From Lingula anatina (taxonomy: Eukaryota; Animalia; Brachiopoda): 64,000 nucleotides of DNA. This document shows, piece by piece, positions 41,901 through 51,417 of the stretch. Position numbers and translations under genes: made by a program. The stretch is taken from the NCBI GenBank assembly GCA_051362555.1, contig CM120643.1, positions 21,890,848-21,954,847 of the forward strand. The letters run 5' to 3'. The notes under the pieces are model-generated. The model was not told the origin of the DNA, did not search any database, and was given only the letters and a program-made list of their open reading frames with translations. Each line of letters opens with the position of its first letter. The first letter of the stretch is position 1.

Positions 41901-44900
41901 CATATCGATACCTCTTTCTTGGTAGAAGGCGAACATTTTTTCCACCGCTTCCAGCATCGGTTCAACGTCTTTGTTGTTGTACCAGATGAGGAAATCGCGC
42001 ATCGTCTGCATACCGTTTTCTACCCACACGCGTTGGCACTCCGCGTAATCTTCCTCTGTGATATTACTCTGTTTTAGTTTTGAGTAAAACTCTTCGCGGG
42101 GAGGGAGATTAGGGCATTCGAGCTTGTCCAAAGAGTCCATCCACTCGTAAGGGAAGAACCCCTTGGACTCTGTGCATTCGAACGCCTTCAAGAACTGACC
42201 ATAGCTGCATCCGGGAGCCAAATAGTTACAAATGTCCAAAAGTTTCAGGCGTTCCGATTTCAACACCATGAAATTGTTGTTGCGTTTTACGACAAATTTC
42301 AATGTGTCCGCCAACAAAGGCAAAAACAGCGTTTTCATGGCGTTGAGATCGTAATGCCCGCTATTGAAACCTAAGACGGGTAATTCCATTAAATATTGAC
42401 TAAATCTACGGATAAGTTTTGATAAGTAATGTTTTTTTGTTAAGTCTTCTACATCTTCGTCCTCGCTTTCCTGTAGCATTTGTTCAATGTCTTTTTCTTT
42501 TTTTTCGTTAAGCTTTTCAAACACCCATGTAAACTTGTCCCTTTGAAGCTTTTCGACCGCGCGGCTCATGTCTTGTAGGGTGTTGACGAACATTTGTACA
42601 GCTAACGAGGGCTCGCCGTCGGAAATAATGCATTTCGGCTTCGTGTGACCCGGCACGTTGCTGCACACGCTGACGCTGAGGAAACGATGTTCGTGTTCTA
42701 AACTCAGCTTTTCGCTGTTCTGCGGCTCCTCCGTGCGGGGTAGCAGACACTCGATATCGAACGCCGCCCAGTATCGATAGTACCTGTCTTCCTCGGTGAC
42801 GAAAATGCCCTCGTCTTCGAGGAGGTCGAATACGGTTTGCTGGGGAGTGTACGAATTGCAGGAAAACGAAGACGGTGACGTGTTTGCAGAACTCGTTCGT
42901 CGCTCTACTGACAGGTACGACGACACCATGTCGCTGAACGTGCACGAAAATCATTTTTCGTACATCAGCGACGTGGACAAATACTGCCGCTCGTTTTGCT
43001 GTTCGAGGTGCAGCAAAATGTTCAAAAGCAAATGGTCCCTTCAGCGCCACGAACAGACCTGCGACGTCCTCGTCGAACACCGTTTTCCTGGCAAGGCGTA
43101 CACTCCCCAGCAAACCGTATTCGACCTCCTCGAAGACGAGGGCATTTTCGTCACCGAGGAAGACAGGTACTATCGATACTGGGCGGCGTTCGATATCGAG
43201 TGTCTGCTACCCCGCACGGAGGAGCCGCAGCACAGCGAAAAGCTGAGTTTAGAACACGAACATCGTTTCCTCAGCGTCAGCGTGTGCAGCAACGTGCCGG
43301 GTCACACGAAGCCGAAATGCATTATTTCCGACGGCGAGCCCTCGTTAGCTGTACAAATGTTCGTCAACACCCTACAAGACATGAGCCGCGCGGTCGAAAA
43401 GCTTCAAAGGGACAAGTTTACATGGGTGTTTGAAAAGCTTAACGAAAAAAAAGAAAAAGACATTGAACAAATGCTACAGGAAAGCGAGGACGAAGATGTA
43501 GAAGACTTAACAAAAAAACATTACTTATCAAAACTTATCCGTAGATTTAGTCAATATTTAATGGAATTACCCGTCTTAGGTTTCAATAGCGGGCATTACG
43601 ATCTCAACGCCATGAAAACGCTGTTTTTGCCTTTGTTGGCGGACACATTGAAATTTGTCGTAAAACGCAACAACAATTTCATGGTGTTGAAATCGGAACG
43701 CCTGAAACTTTTGGACATTTGTAACTATTTGGCTCCCGGATGCAGCTATGGTCAGTTCTTGAAGGCGTTCGAATGCACAGAGTCCAAGGGGTTCTTCCCT
43801 TACGAGTGGATGGACTCTTTGGACAAGCTCGAATGCCCTAATCTCCCTCCCCGCGAAGAGTTTTACTCAAAACTAAAACAGAGTAATATCACAGAGGAAG
43901 ATTACGCGGAGTGCCAACGCGTGTGGGTAGAAAACGGTATGCAGACGATGCGCGATTTCCTCATCTGGTACAACAACAAAGACGTTGAACCGATGCTGGA
44001 AGCGGTGGAAAAAATGTTCGCCTTCTACCAAGAAAGAGGTATCGATATGTTTAAAGACGGTATCAGCGTGCCGGGTTTAACGTTGAAGTACCTCTTTCAA
44101 AATGTAGGTGACGCATTTTTTACCCTTTTCGACGATAAGCACAGCGATCTTTACTATCTTCTGAAAAACGCCATCGTGGGCGGTCCCAGCATCATCTTCC
44201 ACCGCTATCACGAGAAGAATGTGACCTTTCTTAGAAAGGCGAATTCTGAAGCGCCCAAGCTGTGCAAAAAGATCGTTGGGTACGACGCCAACGCGCTATA
44301 CCTGTGGTGCCTCATGCAACCTATGCCAACGGGCACGTTTATCCGCAGACGCGAAGAGTCCGACTATACGCGCGAATATTCTCACCCGCGAGGACGCGAG
44401 GCAACGATGTGGTTGGACTGGGTTGCACACTCCACAGGTCAGAAAATCCGGCATCAGTTCAACGGTACAGAAAAGCGCGTCGGGTGCCGTCGGCTACCGG
44501 TGGATGGGTTTTGTCGAGAAACGCAGACAGTGTATCAGTACCATGGGTGTTATTTCCACGGTCATCGGTGTCATTTGAACCGAAACAAAGATGGCACCTA
44601 CAGGGAAATAAACGATACGAAAAAGGTCACTATGGAATCTTTACGCATCGAAACTGAAATTAATAGCGAGTACATTCGGGAGTGCGGCTACGACCTCGTC
44701 GAAATGTGGGAGTGCGATTGGAAAAAAACTTCATAGCAAAAGCGATGAAGTGAAAACTTTCAGAAAGCGGTACACGCTCCCCACGGAGCATAGGTATCGG
44801 CTCACGTTCGACGAGATCCTAGACGCCGTCCTCGGGGACAAACTGTTTGGATTCGTCGAGTGCGACATAGAGGTCCCGTCCAACCTCAGACACAAATTCT

Positions 44901-47900
44901 CCGAAATGCCACCCGTTTTCAAAAACACGACTATTTCTCGCGACGACATCGGTCCTTACATGAAAAACTTTGCCGAGGAAAATAACATTATGAGTGTCCC
45001 GAGACGTTCGTTGATCGGGAGTTTATTCGGAGAAAAAAATCGTTTTGGCGACCCCGCTTTTGAAATGGTACTTGGAACACGGTCTTTGCGTGACGCGCAT
45101 CCACCAGGTAATCGAGTACACCCCGAAAGCCTGTTTCGAGCATTTCGGAAACGCCGTGAGTGACGCTCGCAGGGAGGGAGACAGAGACAAGACCAAAGCC
45201 ATCGTCGCCGACACCATGAAGCTCATTGGCAACTCGGGCTACGGGAAAACGGTGACCAACAAAGAAAGGCACCGCGACACCGAGTATTGCGGTGAGGCAA
45301 CAGCCTCTCGTAAAGTCAACAGTCACCGTTTTCGACGTTTAGATCGAATTACAGAAAACGTGTATGAGGTCGAGCTAAACAAAAAAATCATCAAATTAGA
45401 CCTTCCTCTACACATAGGCGTGATGGTGTATCAGTACGCCAAGCTACGCATGTTGGAGTTTTACTACGACTTCATGCAAAAATTCGTGGATCCGTCCGAT
45501 TTCCAATACTGCGAAATGGACACGGATTCCGCTTACATCGCCTTTTCGGCTGATAGCTTAGAAGACGTAGTAAAACCTCACATGAGAGCGCAGTACGAAG
45601 CCGAGAAACATCTGTGGTTTCCGCGTACTGATACCCCAGAGCACGAGGCGTACGACAAACGGACGCCCGGGTTGTTCAAAGCCGAGTGGGTTGGTGACGG
45701 TATCGTTGGCCTGTGTAGTAAAACCTACTACTGTTTTGGGGAAGACACCAAATCGAAATTTAGCTGCAAATAGAAATTCCAATGTTATAAATGAACAAAA
45801 GTATTTAGATGTACTTTTAAATAAACAAAGCGGCAGTGGTATAAATAGGGGGATACGTTTATTCAACAACACGATGTATTCCTACGTTCAACGCAGAGAT
45901 GCCTTTAGTTATTTCTATTGTAAAAGAAAAGTGTTAGAAGACGGTGTGTCCACTGAACCCTTAGATATCTAGTGTCTTAAAATAAAGTATTCTTAATAGT
46001 TCAACGAAAAACAATTGATATGTTATGTAAATGTATCTAGTGCATTAATAAATAATTCGTAAACATTGCTTTGGGTTTTCAAGTTTTTATAATCGTCATT
46101 TAAATTCGCTTACAAAGGTCCGAGATGAAATTATAATGTCAACAAGTTTTATATAATAAAATGGTCGTCATTAAAATTCCAATCAGAGTAAATAGTTAAA
46201 AAAACAGCTCCTGTGTACAGCTCTTGCTACGTTTAGCAAGAATTGTACATCGGACCCAGTCAGTGGCTAAAAATAGCAGCTTACTAAGACTGCGCCTCAA
46301 AATGTTCAAGGTTCATCCAAAAAAATTACATTAAAAAGTATATAACGCCTCTCAATTTGCAGGTCGAAAACCACATTCCTAACTACTGACATTGACATTC
46401 AGGCATCACTTGAACCTTTTTCCAACCCTCTAATGTCTTTGCGTTCAGGAAGTTTTTGGACACCGAAGAGGTGACTAACTTGAGAACAGCCCTGGAGCAA
46501 GACAAGACCCTGGAGGAGAATTACTATACCAGGGACGATGGGGAAGGATATCAGGCCAAATTGGCCAGCTGGGGTCACCCTGCTGATGACATTACCGGGA
46601 TGATAGGGAAGAGTGAGAAAGCTGCCGGTACCATGGAGAAGGTAGGTTCATTGGTCTTACAGCATTTGTCGACTGTCATTCATTTTTCCTCGACTGTAAA
46701 ATCATGATTTGACAACACGAATTGTTTACCTTCATAGTAGGGCCTACGGCTAATTCTTGACATTTTTGGTTCAAAATGTGTTATCTAATCAATGTTATTT
46801 TAATTGGCTTCAGTCTTCACTTACCACACTAAGTGGAAAAATGTCGCGCATTTTTAGCTTATATATATTTGAATTTTGTAAAACAAATTCCAAACTTTGA
46901 TTCCAGCTTTTAGATGGAGAGGTATATCAATATCACGCCAAAGTCATTATGAAAGAACCGTTAACAGGAGGCGCGTTTTTATGGCACCAGGATTACGGGT
47001 AAATTTCTAAGGACCGTTTTTTTTTTACATTATGCTCACATGTACATTGCATGTGTCATCGTACAATCTACGATCCTGGAAGTTGTCTAGATAAAAATGT
47101 GAAGCCAGTATGGAAAAATTCTGTCTGGAAACAACATTTTACGTTCTACAACACGTGCATTCACATTACCAACACAAAGGGGAGGAGAGTCAATTTAACA
47201 AGAATGGTAGTCTTATGAGTCGAAGTCCGAATTCACATACAAGAGTAATTAGGGTTAATCGTAGTATTGGGGTTGTTACATGGGACGAATGTCACCTGCA
47301 CAAAGTAATAGGGAACGGACTACGGTTCCTAGGGAAATACCATTCCCTACAAAGGCGCCATTTTCTACACAATAATGTACAATACCAGCAGAGCAAGTCT
47401 TCTGTTCCAACATTTAATTTTTCAATATTCTTGTTTTCACGCAGCGCGCCAATTCTACATTATGATAACACCTACAACGTTGGTCAAAAAGGTTGTCCCA
47501 CCCCCATTTCCATGTACTTTTATTTACAAATGATCACATCACAGCTGTATATTGTTAGAAATAGTTCTTTTTATTACAGATACCGTGTCTAACATGATTA
47601 ATGGTTAAAAATACAAAACAGTGGTGAAAATATACATATTTTATACCATTAATAAGAGGTACCCCCTCAAATCCACTGTTTCACTGTGACTTCTACAGAT
47701 ATAAAGAAATAGCTATTAAATTGAAAATACGCCATCAAATGTCAAATGGGTTGTTCTCCTTTGCATTGCACACTCCAATTCATGTCACAGTTAATTAGTA
47801 AGTTTAATATCAGGGCTCAAAGATGGTGGTTGACAGTACTATTTAGGTAAATATCATGCCAAACTTAGGAAAGGCATTGGAGTTCGATGTGTTTCTACTT

Positions 47901-49192
47901 ACAATATGAACAGTAAATTCTCATGTTTTATTGAAATCGGAGCAAATGGTAACTGCTATTTTCCAGTTATTGGTACTTTTACGGCAACCTGTTTCCGGAC
48001 ATGGCCACAGTGTGGATTGCTGTGGACAGAGCAGACAAGACAAATGGATGTCTACAGGTAATGAAACACAGCGTTCTAAATAGATATCTTTAACTTTCAC
48101 AGAATTCATCAAGGCGAGTGTTGATGCGAATGTTCATTTCTCTAGACTAGTCAGTAAATGAACCATTTGTTACTCCCATATTCATAAAAAAAAAAAAAAA
48201 AAAAAAAAAAACCTGTGACACACATATTGCATATTCATTTGCCGTACATATTTAGGTGACTTATCTCCGCAATGTTTAAAACATGCAGATACTGCCAGGT
48301 TCTCATCGAGCTGGTCGAATAGAGCACGTAAAAGTTGGTGACCAGGCAGGGGCTGAACCGGAACGCGTAGAGTTCCTGGCCAAAGTTTGCCCCTTGACCT
48401 ACGTCCAGCTTGACCCTGGAGACGCTATGTTTTTCCACTGCAACCTGCTACATCGAAGTGACCAGAATCACAGCCAGAACCGGCGTTGGGCTTACCTTGT
48501 CTGCTATAACCGTGCATCCAATGACCCAGTGTGTAAACATCACCATCCTAACTACACGCCCCTGATTAAGGTAGGCATAGTACAATCATTGTGGGCATAC
48601 ATGTAGTACATTTTTTTCAGTTTCATTATTTTTTTTTGTACTATTTTTTATTTTCATATTTGATAGTTAAATTTGCATAATATAAAACATTTAAAGTTGC
48701 ACATACATGTTTATTTGAATAGATCCTTGACGTCCATTTTATTATTAACCCATTTAACATTCATGCGCATAAGTGACCTTTACATTGGTTTTTATAATGC
48801 ATCTATATTGTCTTTATTTATTGTCAGCCTTTCTTCCTTTGCTCACAATAACGGGATATTAAGTCTATTTCAAATGTGCCAGTAGTCATCACACAGGCAA
48901 AATATGAATGCTCCTTTCTCCATTTATTTCTATGGGCGATTTCACTCTTCTCAACAACTGTTCCTATCTGAAAAAAGCGTCACGCCGCATACAACTGTTC
49001 TACTACAAAACATAGCAATTGACGTGGCACTTTATTTCATAATAACTTTTTGATAGTTCTTTTTTATATAAGGTACCGAACAGCAGAATTAAGGAATGTG
49101 GCACCAAAACACCCATCGAAGAAAAACTATTCTTCCAAGGACCGGAAAGAGACCGTGACCCTGCTATAGAAGTGCTAGAAAGGAAGGCTTAA
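38315..49192 (+). CDS. PhyH-family dioxygenase copy 2; intron 2 holds the 6.8-kb palindromic element
   Basis: Exons 38315-38348, 39086-39164, 46449-46641, 46907-46998 (WHQDYG), 47967-48057, 48289-48570, 49073-49192 (...[20 protein letters not shown]). The frame is open and splice sites are intact. Confidence 0.88.
39978..42853 (-). pseudogene. Protein-primed DNA polymerase B, left-arm inverted copy, 5'-truncated and frameshifted
   Basis: ORFs 41214-42929, 40787-41200, 40177-40905 and 39978-40259 mirror the right arm and carry the same motifs and the same lesions. Confidence 0.9.
42847..45972 (+). pseudogene. Protein-primed DNA polymerase B (Polinton type, Vsr-like insert), right-arm copy, 5'-truncated and frameshifted
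   Basis: ExoI AFDIEC, Exo[10 protein letters not shown], ExoIII YNNKDV, motif A YDANALY, motif [10 protein letters not shown], motif C MDTDS, and TPGLFK.E / SKTYY. The gene is split over ORFs 42796-44736, 44750-, 45045-45773 and -45972 by lesions at ~44722, ~45033 and ~45770. Confidence 0.92.
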
Positions 49193-50513
49193 ACTACAGT
49201 GTATTCTGAGACTTTATTCAGACATCGATTAATTATGAGACACAATGTTACCATATGTGTAAAATGGTTTTAATTCTACTAACGGTTTTGTGGCAAAGGC
49301 TATTTTGTTTTGAATTTTTTATTACATATCAGGGATTTACACAAACTGAAGAATAGAAGTGTCGCCCCTACTGACCAATACTTTGGGGGAGAAATGTATG
49401 TGGAATGTTATGTGGTATCATTTTATTAACATCAAATTTCACAAAAAGACCAAGAATACAATTCCATGGAACAGCGGTTTTATACTCATTAGTCACATAA
49501 TAAGTAGACCAGGCATTATAACTACTCAAGATCTACCTACTTTGATTACTCTGATTCAGGGGATGAAACTTCTATTGTCCAGTGTGTGTATCTGACGGTT
49601 AAGATCAAAAAGCTAACTCGTAGATGACTGTAATTTTTCACCACGGTCTAAGACGGATATTTTACAGACGTCTAATGCAGACATAATGTCACAGGTCCAG
49701 GCCTAATCTAGCCCACTTCCTAAGTGGCCCAGACCACATCCTAAATAGGACCTGGCCCAGACCACTTCGTGACCAAGTTAATTGACCAACATCTTTTTTT
49801 CCGACAGGAACAGTAGTTAATTGGCCTACAAGTTGAAATAAAAATGAAATAATAAAATAATGATAATAAAATTAATACGCTATCTGGGATTTATGCTGAT
49901 TCACCTCTTCGGGTATTACTGTTATGAAATTGATTTTTCTTCAAAATTGATTCAATCCCAAAGAGTGCAATAAGCCAAATTCAGATAGTGTACTTATGAA
50001 AACATTTATATTCTACTTAATAGTGGATCATAATAAAAGATACCACAATTAATGTTATTATCAATACTTGTAACGAATCTTTTAAAGAATACGATATAAT
50101 TAAGATTATATCGAACACACACTTGGACGCAGGCAGGCACGCACGCACACACACACATACACGCCTATTTCAAAAACGGTACATACAAAACTAGTATCAG
50201 AATAATGTGAATTTTTCTTCAGTCAACAGCTAATATTGAGATAGGTTTTACCTCCAATATTTCGATGTCTATCAGGACATCTTCTTCAGGGAATGAGGCT
50301 ATCCAGGTGAATAGCCTCTACTCAGGAGGTGTACTTGCCCCCCCCCCCCCCCCCCCCCCCCATTGTCCTATATTCTTTTAACTTAACACAGCTGATGAAA
50401 TTCTTCTCTGAAAACTAGTATCAATACAGATATAAACCAATTGAAAATTTGAGGGAGGAAGTAACTCAAAGAATCGGCCGGTAAATGGTGATTAACAGCG
50501 ACAGGCCATTTTG

Positions 50514-50876
50514 CAGTGGCCTGTCCCAGAGGCAGCTTCTACAACAATTCCTCACCAGATGGCACCAGTGAGTGTAGCTTGTGTGGACCAGGGACGTGCC
50601 AGGACATACAGGCCAAGACTACCTGTCAACTCTGTCCAGATGGCACTGTGTCACTGACTGGCAGTACACATCTACACCAATGTGAGTACAGCACTATTTT
50701 GCCCTGTGTGTCTGCTGCAAATCGTTGCTGATTTTTGGCTCAGTTTCAGGAATCTGGCATATTTCCTATGTGCAATATAACCTGTATTTACTTTAAAATT
50801 AGAAATGTAGACATGTCTGCATGAACATTTGAAAAATGTTTTAAAGAGGCCAAGGTTTTCAGGTCATGGGTAAGAG
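50514..50876 (+). pseudogene. Orphan duplicate of the receptor's ephrin-receptor-like Cys exon plus following intron
   Basis: ACPRGSFYNNSSPDGTSECSLCGPGTCQDIQAKTTCQLCPDG matches exon 28202-28366, and the downstream intron matches up to GGGTAAGAG. Confidence 0.85.
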
Positions 50877-51417
50877 GATCTATTGATAAGTACATCTGTT
50901 ATATAGAAATAAATACATAAATTGATTATGTTAAAAGAATATTTTTGTTCCCTCTGCTAACAAAGTGTTGCCGACCATCGTGTACTGAGCAACTGAAATA
51001 TTCTTCGTTGATTCTGTGTTTTGGCTCAGAACTGACCTTATTCGATTGGATCTCACACGTATGTCTAGACATCCTGTAAGTCTGGTATAGTTGATTATGA
51101 TTAATGGTTTGCCACACTGTAAAGGTGCCGTTTTTACACATTGATGTAATATACCTGCAGATTCAGTTTTGCAACATTTTATTTTTAATCTTATTGTATT
51201 CACGCAACGCACTCTTTACATTGTGATGACACCGATAACAGGAAACTGAGGGCCCGCGTGAAATGAAAAACAAGTAAATGTCAATTGAAAACACTACCAC
51301 AACAGCTAGTTCTCCATCTGTAATGTTCAACTATATCAGTTTGTAGCCAAGTCATTAAATACAAAGAAACGTCGTAAATTTGCACACATTTGCTTTCAGT
51401 AGTACACGAGTAACAGG

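Larger units (their letters stand above)
39564..46387. mobile_element. Palindromic (snap-back) non-autonomous Polinton/Maverick derivative, 6,824 bp
   Basis: Ends AGTAGTTAGG...CCTAACTACT; 6-bp TSD GACATT (39558-39563, 46388-46393). Inverted arms 39564-42853 and 43097-46387 surround a 243-bp spacer. It encodes only protein-primed PolB fragments and is GC/CpG-rich relative to the host. Confidence 0.92.

Noticed and set aside
44722-45039. Programmed -1 ribosomal frameshift at the A-rich heptamers
   Set aside because: Restoring the frame needs +1, not -1, and a third lesion plus 5' truncation already disable the gene. Mutation or consensus error is simpler.
40078-45872. Many overlapping alternative-frame and antisense ORFs within the palindrome (e.g. 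42517-43113, 41293-41688, 40624-40962, 44988-45326)
   Set aside because: They are shadows of GC-rich PolB coding sequence and have no recognisable integrase, capsid or ATPase motifs.
39564-46387. Palindrome as a pure assembly or fold-back read artefact
   Set aside because: The flanks are unique and colinear with paralogous introns, a proper TSD is present, and the arms differ at several positions. An artefact is disfavoured but only raw reads can exclude it.
47110-47592. 160-aa ORF in intron 4 of dioxygenase copy 2
   Set aside because: It has no recognisable motifs, and the frame is not preserved in the paralogous sequence of copy 4.
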